Shown here piece after piece: positions 1 through 15,500 of a stretch of 58,464 nt of DNA. The DNA is from Eledone cirrhosa (Eukaryota). Each line of letters starts with the position of its first letter. The stretch's first letter is position 1. A program made the translations under genes and the position numbers. The DNA lies in NCBI GenBank assembly GCA_964016885.1, contig CAXHJY010001632.1, positions 1 through 58,464 of the forward strand. Direction: 5' to 3'. Below the pieces are notes generated by a model. That model was given only the letters and a program-made list of their open reading frames with translations, had not been told where the DNA came from and searched no databases.

Positions 1-207
1 TATTAATATATATGTATATGTATATTATATATGTATATATATGTATGTATATGTATATATATATGTATATGTATATATATATGTATATACATGTATATAT
101 ATGTATATATATGTATATATGTATATATATATATGTATATATATATATATGTATATGTATATATATATGTATATGTATATATATATGTATATGTATATAT
201 ATATATG

Positions 208-262
<55 letters not shown>

Positions 263-590
263 GTAAATATATATGTATATATATATATGTATATATATAT
301 ATATGTAAATATATATGTATATATATATGTATATATATATGTATATATATATGTATATATATATGTATATATATATATATGTATATATATATGTATATAT
401 ATATGTATATATATATGTATATATATATATATGTATATATATGTATATATATATGTATATATATATATATATTTATATATGTATATATATATGTGTATAT
501 ATATATGTATATATATGGTATATATATATGTGTATATATATATGTATATATATATATGTATATATGTATATGTATGTATATATGTATATG

Positions 591-622
<32 letters not shown>

Positions 623-676
623 TATATATATGTATGTATATGTATATATATATGTATATATATATATATATATATG

Positions 677-709
<33 letters not shown>

Positions 710-752
710 ATATATGTATATATATATATATATGTATATGTATATATATATG

Positions 753-784
<32 letters not shown>

Positions 785-792
785 TGTATATG

Positions 793-823
<31 letters not shown>

Positions 824-1448
824 GTATATGTATATATATATGTATATATATATATGTATATGTATATATATATGTATATATATATATATATATGTATATG
901 TATATATATATGTATATATATATGTATATGTATATATATATGTATATATATATGTATATGTATATATATATGTATATATATATGTATATATATATATATA
1001 TATGTATATGTATATATATATGTATATGTATATATATATGTATATGTATATATATATATGTATATGTATATATATATGTATATGTATATGTATATATATA
1101 TGTATATGTATATATATATGTATATATATATGTATATATATATATATATATGTATATGTATATATATATGTATATATATGTATATGTATATATATATATA
1201 TGTATATGTATATATATATATATGTATATGTATATATATATCTATATATATGTATATGTATATATATATGTATATATATGTATATGTATATATATATATA
1301 TGTATATGTATATATATATATCTATATATATGTATATGTATAATATATATGTATATATATGTATATGTATATATAAATATGTATATGTATATATAAATAT
1401 GTATATGTATATAAATGTATATGTATATATGTATATATATATATATGT
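1..1448. repeat. Interrupted (TA)n/(TATG)n microsatellite tract
   Basis: Near-pure TA dinucleotide with periodic G substitutions; overlapping ORFs are I/Y/M/C/V low-complexity artefacts. Confidence 0.97.
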
Positions 1449-1595
1449 ATGTCGGTGAGCATGTCCAGCCAACCTCAGTCTCCTCTGTGTCACTTTTGAG
1501 CTGACTTTTGTGAGGCTCCCGTACAACTATGAGTTCTTCATCCTCAGTGTATACTGATTAATGTTCAGAGCCATCCTCAACATTCTTGTGTAGCA
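1449..1595 (-). mobile_element. RTE-type (RTE-X-like) LINE ORF2 C-terminal fragment, dead
   Basis: Minus-strand translation [48 protein letters not shown] matches the post-RT 'YTRMLR..LN...LYG.L..VS......RRLRLAGH' motif of RTE-type LINEs; one in-frame stop. Confidence 0.75.
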
Positions 1596-1745
1596 CATTT
1601 TATATTATATTATATACACACATATTATATTATATACACACATTGTTTTCATTTTCGTTTCTCTCAATTTTCACTTTTCTCCTATTTCTCACTCACTTCT
1701 TACCTCGAGATTTCCCATCTGCATTGTTGTGGCTTTCTAAACTAC

Positions 1746-3303
<1,558 letters not shown>

Positions 3304-4030
3304 AATTAAGTCAAAGATGTACATCCATATATGTATACTGAAATACTAGTATGTATATGAATACACACACGTATACATATGTAGATGTACCAAGTTTTTT
3401 TTTTTTTCACTGATCACTTTACTGTGAGTGGCCAGCTATTCCGTATGTAAACACACAGACAAACCGGTTTTTAGAGTCATACTGGTTTTTGAGGAAACAC
3501 CTTTCCTCTATTCTCCAGAAAGCCAGACAAGGAATATTGAACTAGTTTCGTTGTTGTTACAACTCGTCTCCGTTGAACCGGTACTTACTCACACTCTATG
3601 CAAGTTGGTCTGCCCACTACTAATTTTCATAGAAAAAGCATATAGCGATATGTGCTTTTACGATTCTCTAGAGAGGCCGGAAGATAGGTAAATATTGCTG
3701 ATGAGTTGTAACAACAACGAAACTAGTTCAATATTCCTTGTCTGGCTTTCTGGAGAATAGAGGAAAGGTGTTTCCTCAAAAACCAGTATGACTCTAAAAA
3801 CCGGTTTGTCTGTGTGTTTACATACGGAATAGCTGGCCACTCACAGTAAAGTGATCAGTGAAAAAAAAAACTTGGTACATCTACATATGTATACGTGTGT
3901 GTATTCATATACATACTAGTATTTCAGTATACATATATGGATGTACATCTTTGACTTAATTGTTTGAGCGTCAGTCATACAAAAGTGAGTTACAAACGAA
4001 ACGAAATTTAATTCGTTTCGTTATTTGTTC
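3304..4030 (+). mobile_element. Fold-back, hammerhead-bearing non-autonomous element (Penelope-like pLTR derivative), family A
   Basis: Inverted arms 3304-3565 and 3703-3961, identical as read except T13 versus A10. 137-bp spacer, one-sided tail 3962-4030, TA tracts on both sides, hammerhead at 3691-3735. Confidence 0.8.
3691..3735 (+). ncRNA. Minimal type I hammerhead ribozyme
   Basis: AAUAUUG (stem I), CUGAUGA, GUUGU-aaca-ACAAC (stem II), GAAA, palindromic ACUAGU stem III, GUU^ at 3728, CAAUAUU (stem I'). Confidence 0.85.
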
Positions 4031-5606
<1,576 letters not shown>

Positions 5607-5831
5607 TTTGTGAGAATGTGTGTTTTATGCTATCTTCGTCCACATATTTTTCAAAGAAAGCTGTCTATGACAGAACACTTGAGAACTTTCCTAGAATCTT
5701 TCTCTTCAATGGAACTGACACAATGGTGAGATGGTGTGTTCTGTTTAGAGAAGAGCTTAACTAACTACATGCCACTTTGGCACTTCACTTTTCTATTTTC
5801 CAATGACTTTGTCAAGCTAGGATCTTTAATT

Positions 5832-5949
<118 letters not shown>

Positions 5950-6292
5950 GCCACACATGTATTTCTTATAATGATAATCATCACTGTTTAACACCTATTC
6001 TCCATGCTTGCATGGATTAGATTGGCTGTCACATATTGAAGCCAGACAGGTCAGGTGACCATGTCTTGTTCATACACTCCATCTTTAGCTTGGTGCTCTA
6101 CAATTGAATGTTCTTCCTAATGCTGACCTCCTTACAATGGACTGGGTATGTTTTGTGTCATCACCAGTACAACCACTTTACAGGGTAGACTGTGTGTTTC
6201 TTTTTGTGTCAACACATGCTGTGGTAGAGAAAGGATTTTGGCGCCTGCATATATACGTGCGTGTGTGTGTACATATATATACACATTTGTGC

Positions 6293-6423
6293 AGTGAATT
6301 AACAGTTGATAGAATGTCGGATAGAATGCTTTGCTGTGCTTGTTCCACAACTCTGTACTCAAATCTCTCTGAGGTCAATCTTGCCTTTCAACCTTTCAAG
6401 GTTGATAAAAAAATGAACCAGTA
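6293..6423 (+). mobile_element. Degenerate tRNA-derived SINE (same family as 38991-39149)
   Basis: gaggtcaatcttgcctttcaacctttcaaggttgataaaa resembles the central domain gaggttgactttgcctttcatccttacggggtcgataaaa of 11127-11250. Confidence 0.6.
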
Positions 6424-6466
<43 letters not shown>

Positions 6467-6468
<2 letters not shown>

Positions 6469-6614
6469 AAAGTTATATTTAAATTGTTGGGTTACAACTA
6501 GTAAATATTTATAACTGATATAAAAGCACTCGACAAGTATTTGGAGTATATTTACGATATAAATAAATGGAAACTATATTTATAAAACCATATTTATTTC
6601 ATTATATATATTTC
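6467..6614 (-). mobile_element. 5'-truncated 3' end of hammerhead element family B
   Basis: Nearly identical to 57202-57352; abuts (TA)n; truncated right at the GAAA half of the hammerhead core. Confidence 0.8.
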
Positions 6615-6617
6615 AAT

Positions 6618-6790
6618 ATCATCATCATCATTTCATTTTACGTCCACTTTTCCCTGCTTGCAAGGGTGGGACGGGAACTGATTCTGGCTTGATTTCTACA
6701 GCTGGATGCCCTTCCTAACACCAACCTCATTTACAGTGAGTGCTGGGTGCTTTTTTACCGTGGCACCTCCACGACCACTTTACAGTGGAA
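6618..6790 (-). mobile_element. Fragment of a (GAT)n-tailed interspersed retro-repeat
   Basis: catcatcat...tacgtcc...gatttctacagctggatgcccttcctaacaccaacc is shared with 36481-36870, 53120-53535 and, in part, 54617-54712. Confidence 0.7.
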
Positions 6791-6811
6791 TGATAGGGAC
6801 CCCAGTCCCTA

Positions 6812-6959
6812 TCATCTCATTTCTACAGCTGAGTAAACTGGAGCAACGTGAAATAAAGTGTCTTGCTCAAGGAAACAACACATCACCTGGTCTGAGAATT
6901 GAACTCAAAACCTTTCGATTGCAAGGCCAATGCTCTAACCACTAAGCCATGTGCCTCCA
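6812..6959 (-). mobile_element. tRNA-derived SINE 5' part
   Basis: Minus strand has A box (tggcttagtggt), B box (gagttcaattc), then ccttgagcaagacactttatttcacgttgctccag core. Confidence 0.75.
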
Positions 6960-6961
6960 TA

Positions 6962-7390
6962 CATACATACATACATACATATACATGGTGGCTGCCAACT
7001 CGTTTTCGAGTACGGCCACTACTTTATATCCCTGTAGGAGAACCCCTACCGATGCGCTGAACGAGTGTAACTTTTTAGTCCAGCCAGCGACTTGAAAACT
7101 CTGGTACAAACACTACACTTGTGACAATTATTGACACAGCGCTGGGCCCTTGGTACCATGTGACAAGTGCAGAGAGATCTCCAGATATAAAGCAATGCCT
7201 GTGCCGTGAAGCTTTTATAGTGAGCAAAGGCACTGCACAAAGCCAGTCCCACTCTCTTAACCAAGATGATATTTACCAAAAAGAAGAACAAGTCAACATC
7301 ATTGGATACCATCAGAGTTGCAGGTGTTATATCAGAGTTTTCCTTCTCCTAGAATTCTGCCTTGACAAAGGCTAAGGGGTCATCTCTCCC
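6962..7390 (-). mobile_element. 5'-truncated copy of bipartite RTE-derived non-autonomous element
   Basis: Direct repeat of 7396-7817; encodes RTE C-terminal-like CHKCSVCTRVFKSLAGLKSYTRSAHR*; (TATG)n tail. Confidence 0.7.
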
Positions 7391-7395
7391 AATAT

Positions 7396-8015
7396 ACATA
7401 CATACATACATGGTGGCTGCCAACTCGTTTTCGAGTACGGCCACTACTTTATATCCATGTAGGAGAACCCCTACTGATGCGCTGAACGAGTGTGACTTTT
7501 TAGTCCAGCCAGGGACTTGAAAACTCTGGTACAAAGACTACACTTGTGACAATTATTGACACATAGTGCTGGGCCCATGGTACCATGTGACAAGTGCAGA
7601 GAGATCTCCAGATATAAAGCAATGCCTGTGCCGTGAAGCTTTTATAGTGAGCAAAGGCACTGCACAAAGCCAGTCCCACTCTCTTAACCAAGATGATATT
7701 TACCAAAAAGAAGAACAAGTCAACATCATTGGATACCATCAGGGTTGCAGGTGTTATATCAGAGTTTTCCTTCTCCTAGAATTCTGCCTTGACAAAGGCT
7801 AAGGGGTCATCTCTCCCGGTGATTTTGGATGGCCATTGACTCTTAAGAGCTCCTTTGCCCTTTGACAGGTTTTGTTTTTAGTCCTGCAGGATGTCCAAAG
7901 TCACCCTCCTCACCAAGAAACCTTGGTGGGGTTGCCAGTTTAGTCGCCAACGACCCGACCATGAGACAGGTTGTACTAGGATACATGTTACCAGTAGCAC
8001 CAACTGGTGACCTGA
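7396..8015 (-). mobile_element. Bipartite RTE-derived non-autonomous element (5' UTR-like part plus 3' end)
   Basis: Contains RTE 5'-UTR-type motif ctaggagaaggaaaactctga joined to a remnant C-terminal Cys/His coding segment and (TATG)n tail; diverged homologue at 38520-38950. Confidence 0.65.
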
Positions 8016-8021
8016 CATACA

Positions 8022-8052
<31 letters not shown>

Positions 8053-8189
8053 GAATGTATTATATTAACATTAGCACTGAGGTCATTTAGTTGAAAAGTT
8101 ATTAGTGAAGTGGCCTTCATGATATATTGTGATAGTGGTGATATGATTCACAATATTTACTCAAGTGTATATTGATAGGTCATAAAAGT

Positions 8190-8760
8190 ACATGGTTTAA
8201 TGGTTGGGGTGGTAAGCTCACAATTGTAAGGTTGTGAGTTCTATTCTCTGACTGAGGTAGCGCATTATCCTTGAGCAAAACACTTTATTTCATGTTGCTC
8301 CTGTTTCTATTGAGCTGCAAAGAAGGGACTGTGACAACACTGGTGGCAGGCTGAATTAGCATTTGCCTTTCCCTTGGGCAACATCATATATAGTGTATAT
8401 ATGAGTTGCTACAACAATGGTGCCAAGCTGTATTGGTCTTTGCCTTTCCTTTGGATAACATCATTTATAGTGCTTATATAATTTATATATAGATGCTAAC
8501 ATGGAAAAATGGACATTAAACAGTGGTGGTGATGATGATGATGTATATATATAGTGTGTATATGAGTGGTGCCAACACTGGTGCCAAACTGTATTGCCCT
8601 TTGAACAATATTGGTGGTGTGAAGAGGTGAGACTTGCATGAATGGATGACTGCTGGTCTTCCACAAAAGACCTTGTCCAGGTGTGCACCCAGGAGAGGAA
8701 TTTTTTAGGTTCAAACCCATGGTCCGTTTTGACTGATGGGGGACCTTAATATTTATAAGT
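8190..8760 (+). mobile_element. Degenerate tRNA-derived SINE with internal duplication and small inserts
   Basis: tRNA-like head, ccttgagcaaaacactttatttcatgttgctcc core, repeated tttgcctttccc/tggtgccaa blocks. Confidence 0.55.
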
Positions 8761-9980
8761 GAGATCAGAGAAGGTGTCAAGTAGGATTTTTGGAGATGGG
8801 CCTACGGTTTTGAAGAAGGCTTCTCACATGTGACAGTGTGTGTGTGACAAGGCTGGCTGTTTGAATTAACTCTTTTTTTTCTAGCATAGCATAGTTAATT
8901 CAATTGTTTATAGTATCTTTACTATTGGACAGGTTGCTGAGAAAATTTGCAGTATTAAAGACTTTAACTTCTAATGTAATGATGTAGTCAGTGCTGTTTT
9001 ATACTTTTCAAGAATGTCTTAATTATGTGGTTTCAGGTGGCTTGTCAATTAAATCTTTATAGTATCTTTACCAGCAGACAGACCTTTGTGAAAATTCACA
9101 ATATTAAAAAAGGCTTCAATTTTTAGTGCGATGCGCACACACACACACACACTGTAAATCCTATAGTGAATTGGCAGCCATGATAATAGTGCGTGATTTG
9201 TGAGAAAGATTTTGCTGCTATTTCTAGCAAGTTAAGCAGCCTCATATAGGCTCCCTCATTTGTCTACTAATAGAATGTGTCTGTGGCTTATTCTTAAAAT
9301 AATAATAATGAAATTATTGTGTACAGTGCTCAGGTGCACTACAACTCATCAAAGGTGCATGTATAGTACATAAAATAATGTACAAATGTCAGGATGTAAT
9401 AAGGATGTAGTATGTGATGAAAAGGTCAGTCGATTGTGTGTTCTGATAACAAGAATAGATGACCTCCCCTTTCCACTTCCCCAGTTATGGCCCTTTTTAT
9501 CTTCCTTTCTCCTGTAAATATTCTTGTGCTCCTCGAAATTTGTCATAATTAGACATTTAGTTATGATCCCCATAACCCCCACCCCATATTCACTATTTAA
9601 ATGGACCTCCATCGTCTTCCATGATGAGTGTTCCAGTTATTTGATCAACAGAATGGGTGTACTTGTCGAGTAATATGTAAGTGACTGAGTATTCCACTGA
9701 TATAAGTAAACGTGTACCTTTTATGTGATTGTCAGGGAGATTATGACATAGTGTGTGACAAGACTGGACCTTTCAATTACAGGTACAGTCTAACTATTGG
9801 ACTTCTAAATCCGATTTCACTCAAGGCTGGGGTCAACCTAAAGTTATGGTAAAAGATGTCCAAGATGTCATGCAGTGCAATTGAAATAAGAACTTTGATT
9901 GTGAAGCAACCTTCTTAACAATGTGGCCATGTTAATATATACATCAGTTACCTATATACCTGCCTGCCTATCAATGTAAC

Positions 9981-10300
9981 TGTCACTGGCACTCCATCGG
10001 TCATGACGACGGGTATTCAAATTGATCTGACCAACGGAACAACCTGCTCGTGAAATTAACGTATAAGAGGTTGAGCATTCCACAGACATGCATGCCCCTA
10101 ATGTAGTTCTCTGGGAGACTCAGTGTGACAAGGTTGGCTCTTCGAATTACAGGTACAACTCATTTTTGCCAGCTGAGTGGACTAAAGCAACATGAAATAA
10201 AATATTTTGCTCAAAAGGAGACAACACACTGCCAGGAATTGAACTCATGGCCATATAGTTGTGAGCCGAATACCTTAGCCACAAAGGCACGCACCTTCAC
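9981..10300 (-). mobile_element. tRNA-derived SINE, near full length
   Basis: Minus-strand tRNA-like head with B box gagttcaattcc, then the same core as 6812-6959; related fragments at about 9620-9790 and 11300-11465. Confidence 0.7.
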
Positions 10301-10391
10301 CTCTCAATACATACCAATATACCTGCTTACCTATCCACCTACCTACCTACATACTTATCCACACACACACACACACAGACAGGTATATATA

Positions 10392-10468
10392 TTAGGTTGT
10401 AATATAAATTTCCGCTGTTGTTATAAAACTTCTTAATAAAAAAATGGCGGGAATTTGTTACAACCCAA
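10392..10468. mobile_element. Tc1/mariner-type MITE (MADE1-like architecture, about 77 bp)
   Basis: TA-flanked imperfect TIRs ttaggttgtaa...ttacaacccaa with inner aatttccgc/gcgggaatt. Confidence 0.65.
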
Positions 10469-10542
10469 TATATATATATATATTCAATGATGTTAAATAA
10501 ATGGAAACTATATTTATAAAACCATATTTATAAAACCATATT

Positions 10543-10603
10543 TATTCTATTATATATATTTCAAGGGTTCCAACATTTTGGTACGCTCTCATCAGATAAA
10601 ATA
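10543..10603 (-). ncRNA. Type I hammerhead ribozyme (left-arm copy)
   Basis: Reverse complement reads UAUUUUAU-CUGAUGA-stem II-GAAA-UAUAUAUA^-AUAGAAUA. Confidence 0.75.
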
Positions 10604-10707
10604 CAAAGCGTGTTTTATAAATTTTGACATAACCAAGGAGAATATACCTTAACGGTTCAAAAGGTATATTCTCCTTGGTTATGTAAAAATTTATAAAACA
10701 CACTTTG

Positions 10708-10768
10708 TATTTTATCTGATGAAAGCGTACCAAAATTTTGGTACCCTTGAAATATATATAATAGAATA
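10708..10768 (+). ncRNA. Type I hammerhead ribozyme (right-arm copy)
   Basis: UAUUUUAU, CUGAUGA, AAGcGUACCAA-aauu-UUGGUACcCUU, GAAA, palindromic AUAUAUAU stem III, AUA^ at 10760, AUAGAAUA. Confidence 0.8.
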
Positions 10769-10904
10769 AATATGGTTTTATAAATATAGTTTCCATTTAT
10801 TTAATATCATTGTATATTATACTCCAGAAAACTTGTCGAGTGCTCTGAATCAGTTATAAACATTTATATTTGTTGAATTACCAACAAATTGAATATCCCT
10901 TCTG

Positions 10905-10942
<38 letters not shown>

Positions 10943-11126
10943 TATATATCTACCTACCCACTTATTTCTTACATAACCATCTGCCTACACACACTTATAT
11001 ACCTACCTACCCATTCCTATATACCTACAACATACCTATCCATACCTATATAGCTACCAATATTTACCTGTAGATATATTTATGTATGTTCCCCTGTATT
11101 TACCTGTATTATTTACATGTATCCCT

Positions 11127-11250
11127 TTACGATCTGAGTTCAAATCCCGCCGAGGTTGACTTTGCCTTTCATCCTTACGGGGTCGATAAAATAAAGTACC
11201 AGTAATGCACTGGGTAATTGCTGGCCTTGTGCCTAATGTAGAAACAATTA
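11127..11250 (+). mobile_element. tRNA-derived SINE, 5'-truncated
   Basis: B box gagttcaaatcc followed by gactttgcctttcatccttacggggtcgataaaataaagtaccagt; several other copies in window. Confidence 0.75.
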
Positions 11251-11679
11251 TTTACATGTATCCATATTTGTGTGTGTGTGTGTGTGAGTTGGACATTTGG
11301 TTTCAATGACAAGTGCTCCAACTATTTAATCAACAAGTGGCTAAGCATTCCAGACACATGCACCTTTAATGTAGTTCTCAGGGAGATTCAGTATGACACT
11401 GATGATAATGATTATGACTGTGTGTGACAAGGCTGACTCTTGAAATTATGGATACAACTAATTTTTATTCAGTTATCTGTATACGTATTTATCTATATTC
11501 AAATTATTTTCAGTGAATTACTTTTTATCCATTCTAAAAACAGATAGAGTGGAGTGGGTAGGGAGGAAGCAGGATTAAAAATAAAGGATTATCTATTGAG
11601 AAGTATGTATACAACTCCCTCAACCCCCCCTCTCTTTCCCATTCTCCCTTTTGTACTCTTTCTCTCTATATATTTCTCT

Positions 11680-11713
<34 letters not shown>

Positions 11714-11800
11714 TTCAGTCATTTACACACAGACACTTTGTATCTCAATCTCAATCTCCTCTTCCTCTATCTACTCTTCCCCTCCCTCTCTCTCTTCTCA

Positions 11801-12390
11801 CATATCTCAATCTTTCTCTCTCATCTTCCCCACCCTCTCTCTCTCCTCTCACACTGCAAGCATACTCTTTATCTCTCTCTCTCATCTTCCCCACCCTCTC
11901 TCTCTCCTCTCACACTGCAAGCATACTCTTTATCTCTCTCTCAGATATACATACTCTCTTCCTGTCTCTCTTATTCTCTCTCCCTCTCACACTTAGTCGC
12001 TCTCCTTCTCACACTTAGTCTCTCTCCCTCTCACACTTATTCTCTCTCCCTCTCACACTTATTCTCTCTCCCTCTCACACTTATTCTCTCTCCCTCTCAC
12101 ACTTATTCTCTCTCCCTCTCACACTTCGTCTCTCTCCCTCTCACACTTATTCTCTCTCTCTCTCACACTTATTCTCTCTCCCTTCTCACACTTATTCTCT
12201 CTCCCTCTCACACTTATTCTCTCTCCCTCTCACACTTATTCTCTCTCCCTCTCACACTTAGTCTCTCCTCCTCTCACACTTAGTCTCTCCTCCTCTCACA
12301 CTTAGTCTCTCCTCCTCTCACACTTAGTCTCTCCTCCTCTCACACTTAGTCTCTCTCCCTCTCACACTTAGTCTCTCCTCCTCTCTCACA
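11801..12390. repeat. Pyrimidine-rich minisatellite (about 22-24 bp unit ctctcacacttattctctctcc) preceded by a 62-bp duplication
   Basis: Direct reading of tandem units. Confidence 0.85.
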
Positions 12391-12564
12391 CAGTAAGCTG
12401 TAGTCACCACTTTAGTAAGCAACAACTATCTAGATATTATCTCAGTCTCTAACACATTATATAGTTATCATCCCTAATGACTTACATGTATTAACACTAA
12501 TTAGGATTAGCAGACTAATTAGTTGGAGTGTGTTATGTAATGTTTTGGTATGTTGACCTGGCTG

Positions 12565-15500
12565 TGTTACAATGTTGACTGTGGTGTATAATATAGTGTC
12601 TCTCTCTGTATGTTACAGTGTTTGTGTGTTGACTGTGGTGTATAATATAGTGTCTCTCTCTGTATGTTACAGTGTTTGTGTGTTGACTGTGGTGTATAAT
12701 ATAGTGTCTCTCTCTGTATGTTACAGTGTTTGTGTGTTGACTGTGGTGTATAATATAGTCTCTCTCTCTGTATGTTACAGTGTTTGTGTGTTGACTGTGG
12801 TGTATAATATAGTGTCTCTCTCTGTATGTTACAGTGTTTGTGTGTTGACTGTGGTGTATAATATAGTGTCTCTCTGTGTATGTTACAGTGTTTGTGTGTT
12901 GACTGTGGTGTATAATATAGTCTCTCTCTGTGTATGTTACAGTGTTTGTGTGTTGACTGTGGTGTATAATATAGTGTCTCTCTGTATGTTACAGTGTTTG
13001 TGTGTTGACTGTGGTGTATAATATAGTGTCTCTCTCTGTATGTTACAGTGTTTGTGTGTTGACTGTGGTGTATAATATAGTGTTTCTCTCTGTATGTTAC
13101 AGTGTTTGTGTGTTGACTGTGGTGTATAATATAGTCTCTCTCTGTATGTTACAGTGTTTGTGTGTTGACTGTGGTGTATAATATAGTCTCTCTCTCTGTA
13201 TGTTACAGTGTTTGTGTGTTGACTGTGGTATATAATATAGTCTCTCTCTCTGTATGTTACAGTGTTTGTGTGTTGACTGTGGTGTATAATATAGTGTCTC
13301 TCTCTGTATGTTACAGTGTTTGTGTGTTGACTGTGGTGTATAATATAGTGTCTCTCTGTGTATGTTACAGTGTTTGTGTGTTGACTGTGGTGTATAATAT
13401 AGTCTCTCTCTGTGTATGTTACAGTGTTTGTGTGTTGACTGTGGTGTATAATATAGTGTCTCTCTCTGTATGTTACAGTGTTTGTGTGTTGACTGTGGTG
13501 TATAATATAGTGTCTCTCTCTGTATGTTACAGTGTTTGTGTGTTGACTGTGGTGTATAATATAGTGTCTCTCTGTATGTTACAGTGTTTGTGTGTTGACT
13601 GTGGTGTATAATATAGTGTCTCTCTGTGTATGTTACAGTGTTTGTGTGTTGACTGTGGTGTATAATATAGTGTCTCTCTCTGTATGTTACAGTGTTTGTG
13701 TGTTGACTGTGGTGTATAATATAGTGTCTCTCTCTGTATGTTACAGTGTTTGTGTGTTGACTGTGGTGTATAATATAGTGTCTCTCTCTGTATGTTACAG
13801 TGTTTGTGTGTTGACTGTGGTGTATAATATAGTCTCTCTCTGTATGTTACAGTGTTTGTGTGTTGACTGTGGTGTATAATATAGTGTCTCTCTGTATGTT
13901 ACAGTGTTTGTGTGTTGACTGTGGTGTATAATATAGTCTCTCTCTGTATGTTACAGTGTTTGTGTGTTGACTGTGGTGTATAATATAGTGTCTCTCTCTG
14001 TATGTTACAGTGTTTGTGTGTTGATTGTGGTGTATAATATAGTGTCTCTCTCTGTATGTTACAGTGTTTGTGTGTTGACTGTGGTGTATAATATAGTGTC
14101 TCTCTCTGTATGTTACAGTGTTTGTGTGTTGACTGTGGTGTATAATATAGTGTCTCTCTCTGTATGTTACAGTGTTTGTGTGTTGACTGTGGTGTATAAT
14201 ATAGTGTCTCTCTCTGTATGTTACAGTGTTTGTGTGTTGATTGTGGTGTATAATATAGTGTCTCTCTCTGTATGTTACAGTGTTTGTGTGTTGACTGTGG
14301 TGTATAATATAGTGTTTCTCTCTGTATGTTACAGTGTTTGTGTGTTGACTGTGGTGTATAATATAGTGTCTCTCTCTGTATGTTACAGTGTTTGTATGTT
14401 GACTGTGGTGTATAATATAGTCTCTCTCTCTGTATGTTACAGTGTTTGTGTGTTGACTGTGGTGTATAATATAGTGTCTCTCTCTGTATGTTACAGTGTT
14501 TGTGTGTTGATTGTGGTGTATAATATAGTGTCTCTCTCTGTATGTTACAGTGTTTGTGTGTTGACTGTGGTGTATAATATAGTGTTTCTCTCTGTATGTT
14601 ACAGTGTTTGTGTGTTGACTGTGGTGTATAATATAGTGTCTCTCTCTGTATGTTACAGTGTTTGTGTGTTGACTGTGGTGTATAATATAGTGTCTCTCTC
14701 TGTATGTTACAGTGTTTGTGTGTTGACTGTGGTGTATAATATAGTGTCTCTCTCTGTATGTTACAGTGTTTGTGTGTTGACTGTGGTGTATAATATAGTG
14801 TCTCTCTGTGTATGTTACAGTGTTTGTGTGTTGACTGTGGTGTATAATATAGTCTCTCTCTCTGTATGTTACAGTGTTTGTGTGTTGATTGTGGTGTATA
14901 ATATAGTGTCTCTCTCTGTATGTTACAGTGTTTGTGTGTTGACTGTGGTGTATAATATAGTGTCTCTCTCTGTATGTTACAGTGTTTGTGTGTTGACTGT
15001 GGTGTATAATATAGTGTCTCTCTGTATGTTACAGTGTTTGTGTGTTGACTGTGGTGTATAATATAGTGTCTCTCTGTGTATGTTACAGTGTTTGTGTGTT
15101 GACTGTGGTGTATAATATAGTGTCTCTCTCTGTATGTTACAGTGTTTGTGTGTTGACTGTGGTGTATAATATAGTGTCTCTCTCTGTATGTTACAGTGTT
15201 TGTGTGTTGACTGTGGTGTATAATATAGTGTCTCTCTCTGTATGTTACAGTGTTTGTGTGTTGACTGTGGTGTATAATATAGTGTCTCTCTCTGTATGTT
15301 ACAGTGTTTGTGTGTTGACTGTGGTGTATAATATAGTGTCTCTCTCTGTATGTTACAGTGTTTGTGTGTTGACTGTGGTGTATAATATAGTGTCTCTCTC
15401 TGTATGTTACAGTGTTTGTGTGTTGACTGTGGTGTATAATATAGTGTCTCTCTGTATGTTACAGTGTTTGTGTGTTGATTGTGGTGTATAATATAGTGTC

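Larger units (their letters stand above)
10485..10907 (+). mobile_element. Palindromic hammerhead-bearing element, family B
   Basis: Arms 10485-10650 and 10661-10812 (10-nt loop, few mismatches, 14-bp duplication in left arm); tail 10813-10907 homologous to 6467-6552 and 57202-57288; TA flanks. Confidence 0.85.

Noticed and set aside
3428-3840. Two ORFs with identical N-termini (MASYSVCKHTDK...) on opposite strands
   Set aside because: A consequence of the inverted repeat; the start is GTG and there is no recognisable domain
3304-3961. Classical DNA-transposon MITE/Foldback interpretation
   Set aside because: No clear TSD, the unique sequence extends beyond only one arm, and a hammerhead is embedded, which fits Penelope-like inverted pLTRs better; not formally excluded
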